64,000 nt of DNA from Lysobacterales bacterium (GTDB taxonomy: Bacteria > Pseudomonadota > Gammaproteobacteria > Xanthomonadales > SZUA-5). Position 1 is the stretch's first letter, and each line of letters opens with the position of its first letter. Positions 56,147 to 64,000 of the stretch are shown here, piece by piece. Where the stretch lies: the NCBI GenBank assembly GCA_022844165.1, contig JALHMH010000008.1, positions 11,294 through 75,293 on the forward strand. The letters run 5' to 3'. The notes beneath the pieces are model-generated. The model worked only from the letters and a program-made list of their open reading frames with translations, was not told where the DNA came from and searched no databases. A program made the position numbers and the translations under genes.

Positions 56147-57001
56147 TTAGGTTTGCGCCAGGACGGGGAACTTGTGAGGCGCGATGGGCGACATGCCGCG
56201 AACAAACAGATATGGATCGGGATCAACGCCTGTGGCTTTTGCGCAAGGCCAGAGTCGATCCGGACAAAAGCCAAATCGGAGACGTCGGACAGGGCGCTCG
56301 ATGAGCCGCGGCAGGTATTCCGTCAGATCGACTGGATGGCGGCTGATGACGTCCAGCAGATACAAGGTATCGTCGGCTTGTTGGGAAAAGACGAATGTCT
56401 CATCGTCTAACTGGCGCGGCGCCGAGACAAAGCCATTCGCCAGATACCACTGCACGATTGGGCCATGTTGCACGCAGGCAAAGCGCTCGCTGATCGGCGT
56501 TGTCGCCAGGGCATTCAGTTGCTCGCGCAGTCGGGCGTCAGTCGGGTCGATCGCCGGGGCCAACGTCGAAGGCTGGATGTCGACATCGGCAAAAAACAGA
56601 GATTCCTCGCGCGGCTCAAATCCGTATCGTGGATAGAATCCCAGAACGTCCGGGTTGGCGAACAGCAGCGCCGGGTCGTCGCCGACGATTTCCAGCGCGC
56701 TTGTCATCAAAATCTGCGCGAGCCCTTGCCTGCGCGCTTCCGGGCGCACGCCGACAGCGCCGAACTGCCAGGCGCGCTTGCGGCCACCATCGAGCACCAG
56801 ATGCATGGTTTGAAGCGAAACATTGGCCACGATGTCATCGCCCTCGAACCAGGACAATGTCCGGTAGTCTTCGGTCCACTGTTGCCACTCAATCCAGCGC
56901 TCGAAACCGGCGCTCGGAAACACGGCACGGACATAGCGGCAGAAAGCGGCTTTGTCGAGAGCCGAGCTGTCCTGGCGAAGTTCACGGATCGGCATCGCCA
57001 T
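56147..57001 (-). CDS. GNAT family acetyltransferase with C-terminal second GNAT-like region
   Basis: IVANVS, VGVRPEARRQGLA, LFANPDVLGFYPRYGF, RFGFCP. Confidence 0.85.
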   Translation of the reverse strand: MAMPIRELRQDSSALDKAAFCRYVRAVFPSAGFERWIEWQQWTEDYRTLSWFEGDDIVANVSLQTMHLVLDGGRKRAWQFGAVGVRPEARRQGLAQILMTSALEIVGDDPALLFANPDVLGFYPRYGFEPREESLFFADVDIQPSTLAPAIDPTDARLREQLNALATTPISERFACVQHGPIVQWYLANGFVSAPRQLDDETFVFSQQADDTLYLLDVISRHPVDLTEYLPRLIERPVRRLRFGFCPDRLWPCAKATGVDPDPYLFVRGMSPIAPHKFPVLAQT

Positions 57002-57184
57002 TTCTCTAGACCAGGCACAAAGTCTGCTGCGTGGATTCCAGCCCCCACTCACTCGACATGAGTTCCCTTTTTTGCCACATCTGTGATTTGCCGAGCTGAG
57101 CCCAGGCACCCGGCAAAACGCCGGGTCTAAAAGCCAATCCGGACACGAATTCTCAATGGACTCACGTGACGCAGATCGCTGCTT

Positions 57185-58219
57185 TCAACGCCGCGGCAAC
57201 AGCGGCATCGGGTCTACCGGTTTGCCATTGCGCCGAATTTCGAAGTGCACAAGCACTCGATTGGCGGCGTTTTTGCCCATTTCGGCGATCTTCTGACCGG
57301 CTTTGACCTTATCGCCTTCCTTCACCAGCCGCACTCGATTGTGGCCGTAAGCACTCAACAGTTCAGGCGAGTGCTTGATGATGATCAGTTCGCCATAACC
57401 AATCAATCCGGCGCCGCTGTACACCACTTCGCCGTCGCGCGACGCGACGATGGATGCGCCCGGTTCGCCAGCGATGTCGATGCCCTGGCGCGTCGGATCG
57501 CCCGCTGCGTAGGTTACGACGACGCGCCCCTGGGCGGGCCAGATCCAGCCCGCCGAGCTGGGTTGCTCGATAGACACCGGCTTGGGCGCTGCACTGGGCG
57601 TCGCGCCGGCCGCTGTGTTCGCACCAGTCGCTGGGGTGGTGTCAGTCGCTGCCGTCGCAGGCGCGGTAATTGGGGCAACTGCGGGCGCAACGACGGGCTC
57701 TGGGGCGCTCGTGATCGGCGTTTCGGCGGGCGTCGGCGCGGGTGGAGCGGCAATGCCATCCAGTGGGACAGCGCCCTCAGGTACGGTGACGCCGTACCGT
57801 TGGTCAAACCCCGGATCGCGTGGGCCAACCACCGCGCCGCCAACCCGTTCGCCGCCGACGGGCATTGGTGCACTGGCGATCGGCGCAACAGCCGACGTCG
57901 GCTGCTCTGCCACCGGAGGGGAGGGTGCTTCGGCCGTGACTGCCGGCTGGCCTTCGTTGCTGGCGACTTGCAGGCGCTGTCTTGGGTAGATGGTATATGG
58001 CGCTTCGATGCCGTTCCATGTCGCCAGATCGCGGTAGTCGACGCCGTACTGCACGGAAATTTTGTACAGCGTATCGCCTGCCTGGACCTCGTGATACCGC
58101 GGCGCATCGCCGGATGCCTGTATCGCTGGCGGCGGCTCGGTCACTGCCGCCGGTCGCACGACGACCGACTGTTGGCAAGCCGCCAAACTCAGCAGAATCA
58201 GCGGTCCCAGTGCTCTCAT
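57185..58219 (-). CDS. nlpD: NlpD-like lipoprotein (LysM plus M23 domains, Pro/Ala/Thr linker)
   Basis: Lipobox LAAC; [11 protein letters not shown]; WIWPAQG, GIDI, YGHN, HFEIR, VDP. Confidence 0.9.
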   Translation of the reverse strand: MRALGPLILLSLAACQQSVVVRPAAVTEPPPAIQASGDAPRYHEVQAGDTLYKISVQYGVDYRDLATWNGIEAPYTIYPRQRLQVASNEGQPAVTAEAPSPPVAEQPTSAVAPIASAPMPVGGERVGGAVVGPRDPGFDQRYGVTVPEGAVPLDGIAAPPAPTPAETPITSAPEPVVAPAVAPITAPATAATDTTPATGANTAAGATPSAAPKPVSIEQPSSAGWIWPAQGRVVVTYAAGDPTRQGIDIAGEPGASIVASRDGEVVYSGAGLIGYGELIIIKHSPELLSAYGHNRVRLVKEGDKVKAGQKIAEMGKNAANRVLVHFEIRRNGKPVDPMPLLPRR

Positions 58220-58890
58220 GCCACGCCCTTTACCCAGGGCACGAAACTGACCGCGCCGAGCGATTCTTTGGTCCATCCCTCTGTTCCCCTTGTCATCCGA
58301 ACCAACGTTTGTTGTCCTGGCGGCCCGACCGGTGCGACCACGATACCGCCAACGCGGACCTGATCGAGCAGTGTCGGGTCGATGGATTCGCGCGCCGCAG
58401 TGGCCAGCACGGCATCGAAAGGTGCGCATTCAGGCCAGCCCACGTTGCCGTCGTCGTGTTTCGACCGAATGTTCAGTGCGAGTTTGCGAAAGCGCTTGCG
58501 CGCCAGTCGCAGCAGTTCGTCGATTCGCTCGATGGTGAAAACCTCTTTGAAAAGTGCCGCCAGCACCGCCGCCTGGTAACCCGATCCGGTGCCGATCTCG
58601 AGCACTTTTTCGACACGATCGACATGCAACGCCTGAGTCATCAGAGCGACGACATAGGGTTGCGAGATGGTCTGTCCCATGCCAATCGGTAACGCCGTGT
58701 CCTCGTAGGCGCGGCTCGCCAATGCCTCATCGATAAACAGATGCCGGGGCAGGGCACGCATGACTTCAAGCACAGCTTCGTCCTTAATGCCGCCCGCGCG
58801 CAAGCGCTCGATCAGACGATCGCGCGCGCGTTGACTGGTCATGCCGGCGCCTTTCATTGCAGACGGCGGCGGCGCGGTGAAGCGCGTCAT
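58216..58890 (-). CDS. pcm: Protein-L-isoaspartate O-methyltransferase
   Basis: [29 protein letters not shown]. Confidence 0.95.
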   Translation of the reverse strand: MTRFTAPPPSAMKGAGMTSQRARDRLIERLRAGGIKDEAVLEVMRALPRHLFIDEALASRAYEDTALPIGMGQTISQPYVVALMTQALHVDRVEKVLEIGTGSGYQAAVLAALFKEVFTIERIDELLRLARKRFRKLALNIRSKHDDGNVGWPECAPFDAVLATAARESIDPTLLDQVRVGGIVVAPVGPPGQQTLVRMTRGTEGWTKESLGAVSFVPWVKGVA

Positions 58891-59663
58891 AGCGCCAACT
58901 CCGCACGCCCGCCGCTGGGATTGACCCAGGCACTGAGTTTTTCGAGCGCCGTGTAGCGCGTCAAATCCACCGTCAGCGGGGTAATGGAGACAAAACCGGT
59001 GCGCACGGCGTGAAAATCGGTTCCCGGGCCGGCATCTTGCTCCGGACCGGCAGGCCCGATCCACCAAACCGGCCGCCCGCGCGGATCGGTCTGCCGAATG
59101 CAGGCCTCGGATCGATGCCGATGGCCCAAACGTGTCACTTCAAAACCGCGGATCTCACTGACGGGGCGATCGGGCACGTTGACGTTGAGGATCGTGTCCG
59201 CTGGAAGAGGATCGGACAGCAGCCGCAACACCAACTTGACGGCGACTTGCGCGGCAGTTTCGTAGTGTCTGCCGAGGTGCTCGCTGGTCACCAGCGACAT
59301 GGCGATCGCCGGCAAACCGAGAAATCTCCCTTCCATCGCCGCCGCCACGGTGCCCGAATAGAGCACGTCATCGCCCATATTTGCCGAGTTGTTGATGCCC
59401 GAAACGACAATGTGCGGTAGTTCGTCGAGCAGTCCTGCCAAGGCCAGGTGCACACAATCGGTGGGAGTTCCGGCGACACGGTAGCGCCCGCCACCAAGCT
59501 CGAATGCGCGAATCGGTTGGTCGAGCGTCAGTGAATTGCTCGCGCCGCTGCGGTCGCGATCCGGGGCGACGACGCTGACGCGCCCCAGTGCACGCAGCGC
59601 GTCGCTCAAATGCGCTATCCCTGGCGCATCCACGCCGTCATCGTTGCTGACCAGTAAATGCAT
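58887..59663 (-). CDS. surE: 5'/3'-nucleotidase SurE
   Basis: [38 protein letters not shown]. Confidence 0.97.
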   Translation of the reverse strand: MHLLVSNDDGVDAPGIAHLSDALRALGRVSVVAPDRDRSGASNSLTLDQPIRAFELGGGRYRVAGTPTDCVHLALAGLLDELPHIVVSGINNSANMGDDVLYSGTVAAAMEGRFLGLPAIAMSLVTSEHLGRHYETAAQVAVKLVLRLLSDPLPADTILNVNVPDRPVSEIRGFEVTRLGHRHRSEACIRQTDPRGRPVWWIGPAGPEQDAGPGTDFHAVRTGFVSITPLTVDLTRYTALEKLSAWVNPSGGRAELAL

Positions 59664-59753
59664 CGCTGATACGCACCAACCGCTAGTCTTAATGCCCGGG
59701 ATCATACGCGGGGCGACGCAAGCATTAACGTCAAAGCGAAAACGCGCCGTATC

Positions 59754-60272
59754 GTGGTCAGCAATGACGACCGCGAACTTTTCCGTGGGGCCATAGGGCC
59801 GGTTCGGAAGCTTGATGCTGCGCCCGATCTGCGCCGGGAGACAGCGCCCCAGCCGGCGCCGCTGCCCGTACAGTCGGAGGCGGACGAACGTGCCGTAATC
59901 CGCGAACTACTGGCCAGCGATGAAACTGCCAGTGGCGCCACGAGTGGCGAAGCGTTGAACTTTTTGCAAAACGGTTACCCGCCCAGGCTGCTCAAGCAAC
60001 TGCGCCGTGGCCAGTTCCGAATCGAAGACGAGATCGACCTGCATCACTTGCGGGTCACGGAGGCTAAACAAGTGCTCGCCGAGTTCTTTGCCGCTGCGCG
60101 AAATCACCGTCGCCGCTGCCTGCGAATCGTCCACGGCAAGGGCCGCAGTGGTGAGGGTATTCTCAAGTCATTGGTGGATGGCTGGTTACGGCAGCGCAGC
60201 GAGGTTATCGGCTTTGTCTCCGCACGCCCGGCCGAAGGTGGTACTGGCGCCGTTCTCATCCTGCTGAAATAA
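59754..60272 (+). CDS. Smr (small MutS-related) domain endonuclease
   Basis: [22 protein letters not shown]; divergent from surE. Confidence 0.9.
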   Translation: MVSNDDRELFRGAIGPVRKLDAAPDLRRETAPQPAPLPVQSEADERAVIRELLASDETASGATSGEALNFLQNGYPPRLLKQLRRGQFRIEDEIDLHHLRVTEAKQVLAEFFAAARNHRRRCLRIVHGKGRSGEGILKSLVDGWLRQRSEVIGFVSARPAEGGTGAVLILLK

Positions 60273-60408
60273 CCTGCCCGGAACGATGGCGATAATCCTC
60301 AGGGGCTGCGGGCTTGACCTTGGCGCCGCGACCAGTCCACGATAGGTCATTGATCGCGAATCTGTGGCTTTTTGAGATCGCAGAGTGATTTCCAAGAGGG
60401 GTTGAAAA

Positions 60409-61209
60409 ATGAAGTTGGCCATTCGAACGCTGGCATTGGTGTGCGCATTCTTGCTTACCGCGTGTGCGACGAATCCAGCCGGGCGCAATACGCTGAACAT
60501 GATTCCAGCTTCGCAAGTCAATCAGATGGGCCTGGCCGCATTCGCTGAATACAAGACCAAGAAGCGGGTCGCAAACGCACCGCGAGAACAGGCTTACGTC
60601 GAATGTGTCTCGCGAAATCTGATCGCCCAGCTGCCGGATCAGCAGCGCAGCCTGCCATGGGAAACCGTGCTGTTCGATGACGAGACGCCAAATGCTTTTG
60701 CGCTTCCAGGCGGAAAAATCGGCGTGCATACCGGTTTGCTTGCGGTCGCTCAATCCGAGGACCAGCTGGCCAGCGTGATTGGCCACGAAATCGCGCATGT
60801 CTGGTATGGGCACGGCGGCGAGCGCGTCTCGCAGCAGTTTGCGGCTCAAGCCGCGTCGGCGGCAGTGAACGCATACGCCGGATCTCGGCAGGATGGCAAC
60901 TCGCAACAGGTTGTTGCGCTCTTGGGGCTCGGTGCGCAAGTGGGTGTTCTGCTGCCATTTTCGCGCAAACATGAGACTGAGGCCGATGTTGCTGGCGCAA
61001 GGCTGATGGCTGAGGCTGGTTATGCACCCGGCGAAGCCGTGGCGCTCTGGGAGAACATGGCGCGCGCTGGCGGGCCGAACGTGCCGACGTTCTTGTCCAG
61101 TCATCCGAACAATCGCCAACGCATTGAAGGGCTGCAGCGCATGCAAGACGAGTTGTCGCAAATCGCCGCTGTCGCCCAGGCAGCGGGTCGGCCGAAGCGT
61201 TGCCGTTGA
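60409..61209 (+). CDS. M48 family metallopeptidase lipoprotein
   Basis: Lipobox LTAC; NAFALPGGKI, HEIAH, SRKHETEAD, FLSSHP. Confidence 0.92.
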   Translation: MKLAIRTLALVCAFLLTACATNPAGRNTLNMIPASQVNQMGLAAFAEYKTKKRVANAPREQAYVECVSRNLIAQLPDQQRSLPWETVLFDDETPNAFALPGGKIGVHTGLLAVAQSEDQLASVIGHEIAHVWYGHGGERVSQQFAAQAASAAVNAYAGSRQDGNSQQVVALLGLGAQVGVLLPFSRKHETEADVAGARLMAEAGYAPGEAVALWENMARAGGPNVPTFLSSHPNNRQRIEGLQRMQDELSQIAAVAQAAGRPKRCR

Positions 61210-61353
61210 CCGTGCAGCGGTCGTGACATACCGAGAGAGTCTCACCGGCTTCCCGAACAACGATCATTGATCCAGTTGCCTCGTAAAACGCAACTGCGCA
61301 ATAACGTCTATCCGGTCTTGGCGTGACGTCCCGAATGTGCTGCCGAACCCGCT

Positions 61354-62271
61354 TCAGCCAACCAGGTGTGCACCCGCCGCGTTCACAGCGCTGACGATCA
61401 CATCGCTGTCCAGGCCAGCTTGCCCAAACGCTTGCTGCATCGCGGCACCCGCCGCGGCCGCAGTCGGGCGATCCATGAACCACGCGAACACGCTCGGGCC
61501 GGCTCCGGAAATGGATGCGCCGATCGCTCCGGCATCGATGGCCGCTTTCTTGACTGCAGCGAAGCCCGGAATCAGCGCCGCTCGCCGGGGCTCGATGAGT
61601 ACATCGCGAAGTCCACTACGCAGCAACCCGATATCGTTGCTGAAGCAACCCGCCAGCACAAGCGCCAGTCCCTCCGACTGATGGACGAACTCGCTCAGTG
61701 CGTACACACCTTGCAGCGCTTCTCGTGCTCTTCGTGTTTCCAGCACAAAGTGCGGGTGGACGACGACAGCGATGAGCCCCGGTGGCGTCGGAATCGGCAC
61801 TACCCGATCGCGCGTCGCCAGCACCAATCCGCCGTAGAGCTGCGGACCGATATTGTCACCGTGTACGCTGCCGCTGGCTGCGGCTTCCCCCTGCAGTGCA
61901 TGAAGATAAAGTGTCGATAGCGGCAGCGGTTGATCGAGCAGCGCATTGGCCGCAACGACGGCAGCGCAAGCAGATGCGGCGGAGCCACCCAGTCCCGAGC
62001 CTAAGGGTATGCCTTTGTGGATCGTAATCTCGAACCCAAAGTGCAGCTTTTCGCCATCAATCAGCGACTGCAATGCGCGTGCCGCTGTGTTCTTCTGGTT
62101 GTCGACAGGCAAGTCCGTCACAACACCGTCGATCCGTGCGACGCGGGCGATCCTCTCGGGGATGCGCGATGCTGTGACGGTATCGCCCAGTCCTTCCAGT
62201 GCGTGGCCGAGCAAATCGAAGCCGACGCCAACATTGCCGACGCTCGCCGGTGCGAATGCGCGCACACTCAT
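61354..62271 (-). CDS. thrB: Homoserine kinase
   Basis: [36 protein letters not shown]. Confidence 0.93.
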   Translation of the reverse strand: MSVRAFAPASVGNVGVGFDLLGHALEGLGDTVTASRIPERIARVARIDGVVTDLPVDNQKNTAARALQSLIDGEKLHFGFEITIHKGIPLGSGLGGSAASACAAVVAANALLDQPLPLSTLYLHALQGEAAASGSVHGDNIGPQLYGGLVLATRDRVVPIPTPPGLIAVVVHPHFVLETRRAREALQGVYALSEFVHQSEGLALVLAGCFSNDIGLLRSGLRDVLIEPRRAALIPGFAAVKKAAIDAGAIGASISGAGPSVFAWFMDRPTAAAAGAAMQQAFGQAGLDSDVIVSAVNAAGAHLVG

Positions 62272-64000
62272 ACGCGCGCGCCCAGCGCTGCGGCAACCCG
62301 CAGCAGATCGGCAAACACACCGGCAGCAGTGACATCCGGGCCTGCACCTGGTCCGCGAACGATCAACGGGTTGCGATGGTAGCGTTCAGTGGTAAAACTG
62401 ACGATATTGTCCGTGAGCGCGATATGCGCGAACGGATGGTCTGTCGGCAGTGCTCGCAACTGCACCGCTGCGGCGCCATCCGCCTCCAGCAGCGCACAGT
62501 AGCGCAGCACTTGTCCGCGTTCTTTGGCCTCGCGAAATCGCGTCGCCATCGCGGCATCAAAACTCGGAAGTCCGGCGAGAAACGCTGCGCTGTCACCGTC
62601 GAGTAAAGCGTCCGGAACCAGACTCTCGACCGTCACCTGTGAGAGTTCCAGTGCGACACCCATTTCGCGCGCCAGGATGACCAGCTTGCGCGCAACATCA
62701 AGGCCGGACAAATCGTCGCGCGGATCGGGCTCGGTATAGCCTGCTTGTCTGGCCTCCAGCACCAGTGCCGAAAATGGCTGACTGCCATCGAAACGGTTGA
62801 ACAAATACGCCAGGGTGCCGGAGAAGATTCCCTCGATGCGTTCGATGCGATCGCCGGTGTCGATCAAGTCGCGCAATGTGCCGATCACTGGCAGGCCGGC
62901 GCCGACCGTGGCCTCGTAGCGCCAGCGAGCACTTTGGCGCGCCGCATCCTGGATAGCGCGATAGCGCGCAAGCGGCCCTGCGCCGGCTTGTTTGTTGGGC
63001 GTCAGGACGTGGATGCCGGCTGCCAACCACTTGGCGTAGTGTTCGGCGACGTCCGAACTGGCCGAACAATCGATGATCATCGCGTGCGGCAGATGCTCGG
63101 CGCGCACATGCCGGGCAAGGGCATCGAGATCGCACGACAGGTCGCTGCGTTCGAGCGCCGCTTTCCAGTCGCTCAGATCCAGCGTCAACTCGTCCAGCAC
63201 CATGCGTTTGCTGGCTGAAATCGCGCGCACGCGAAGGTCGATATTGTTGTCGCGCAACAGGCGCGGTTGGGCCATCCGGATTTGTGCAAGAAGGGCTTGC
63301 CCGACATGCCCCGGGCCAATGACCCCAATCGACAGGGTTTGAGCCGAAAGATAAAAGCCGGCGTGCACGGCGCGCAGAGCGCGGGTCGCTTCGCCTTCCG
63401 CCAATGCAACCGAAATATTGCGCTCTGACGAACCTTGGGCAATCGCGCGCACATTGACTTTGGCGCGCCCTAAAGCGTTGAACACCTGCGCGCAGATGCC
63501 CGGCGTGCCTGCCATGCCGTCGCCGACCACGGCAAGGACGCTGATGCCGCGTTCGCTGACGACCCGTTGAATGAGGCCTAGCGTGATCTCCCGGCCAAAG
63601 GCGTCGGCCAGTACTTCGCGCGCCCGATCGGCGTCGCCGGCATGGATGACGCAACAGATCGAATGTTCGCTGGAGCCCTGCGAAATCATGGTCACCGACA
63701 CCTTAGCCGCGCGTAACGCTGCGAACACGCGTTCGGCGGTGCCCGGCACGCCAATCATGCCAGCGCCTTCGATGGTGATCAGTGCGAGGCCGCCGATCGT
63801 TGTGATGCCCTTGATCGGCGGTTCGCGCCCCCCGTCGTGATCGATGCGCGTACCGGGGTGGCTCGCGTTAAAGGTGTTGCGGATATAAACCGGTATTGAC
63901 TTGGCGGTTGCCGGTGCCATCGTTTGTGGGTGGATGACTTTGGCACCGAAATACGCGAGTTCGAACGCCTCGTCGTAGGAAACGTGGTCGAGCACTACAG
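62268..64000 (-). CDS. thrA: Bifunctional aspartate kinase/homoserine dehydrogenase I (5' part outside the window)
   Basis: [12 protein letters not shown], two ACT domains, [33 protein letters not shown]. Confidence 0.95.
   Translation of the reverse strand, partial: VVLDHVSYDEAFELAYFGAKVIHPQTMAPATAKSIPVYIRNTFNASHPGTRIDHDGGREPPIKGITTIGGLALITIEGAGMIGVPGTAERVFAALRAAKVSVTMISQGSSEHSICCVIHAGDADRAREVLADAFGREITLGLIQRVVSERGISVLAVVGDGMAGTPGICAQVFNALGRAKVNVRAIAQGSSERNISVALAEGEATRALRAVHAGFYLSAQTLSIGVIGPGHVGQALLAQIRMAQPRLLRDNNIDLRVRAISASKRMVLDELTLDLSDWKAALERSDLSCDLDALARHVRAEHLPHAMIIDCSASSDVAEHYAKWLAAGIHVLTPNKQAGAGPLARYRAIQDAARQSARWRYEATVGAGLPVIGTLRDLIDTGDRIERIEGIFSGTLAYLFNRFDGSQPFSALVLEARQAGYTEPDPRDDLSGLDVARKLVILAREMGVALELSQVTVESLVPDALLDGDSAAFLAGLPSFDAAMATRFREAKERGQVLRYCALLEADGAAAVQLRALPTDHPFAHIALTDNIVSFTTERYHRNPLIVRGPGAGPDVTAAGVFADLLRVAAALGARV

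Noticed and set aside
57060-57130. c-di-GMP-I riboswitch-like GGCAAA segments on the minus strand
   Set aside because: The GNRA tetraloop/receptor and the GACGCAAAGC-type downstream element are missing.
57560-57960. Pro/Ala/Thr low-complexity tract in nlpD
   Set aside because: Ordinary flexible linker, not a DNA repeat array.
60314-60343. MerR-type promoter TTGACC...CACGAT before the M48 peptidase
   Set aside because: The spacer is 18 nt rather than 19-20 and the dyad is poor; no MerR gene is nearby.
1-64000. CRISPR arrays, tRNA/rRNA, IS elements, integrases, prophage
   Set aside because: No regularly spaced repeats, cloverleafs or mobile-element proteins were seen by eye; short degenerate elements could have been missed.

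Overview
GC-rich chromosomal window from a Xanthomonadales/Lysobacterales-like gammaproteobacterium. The taxonomy is inferred from smr<->surE-pcm-nlpD without rpoS, kynU-kmo, an EcfK/PknS-type sigma-kinase pair and a secreted protein ending DGVFQNGFE. About 43 CDS; no rRNA, tRNA, CRISPR or transposase was recognised. The right half (38.7-64 kb) is mostly ordinary metabolism: HMG-CoA lyase, fumC, phoX, prmB, gpx, kynU-kmo, a hybrid kinase, surE-pcm-nlpD, smr, thrAB. The left half is accessory and holds two candidate new systems. (1) 5778-14157: three translationally coupled, divergent ClpA/B-type double-AAA+ ATPases. All have degenerate D1 Walker B motifs, altered D2 pore loops, [MLI]GF ClpP-docking loops and HicB-like N-terminal modules. 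Two end in a domain that aligns by eye with class I release factor domains 2/4 but lacks the GGQ domain, suggesting a heteromeric, possibly ribosome-linked unfoldase. A 1741-aa DUF3686-type AAA+ ATPase lies just upstream. (2) 15186-33022: an ECF sigma factor/Ser-Thr kinase module whose likely promoter (TGTCG-N16-GCGT) can be read in four identically spaced copies. These lie upstream of a Spy/CpxP-like gene, the kinase, a 1378-aa secreted di-haem/beta-propeller/CBM protein and a lipase-DUF1302-DUF1329-YCF48-RND lipid-uptake operon. All family assignments come from motif recognition by eye; no database search was run.
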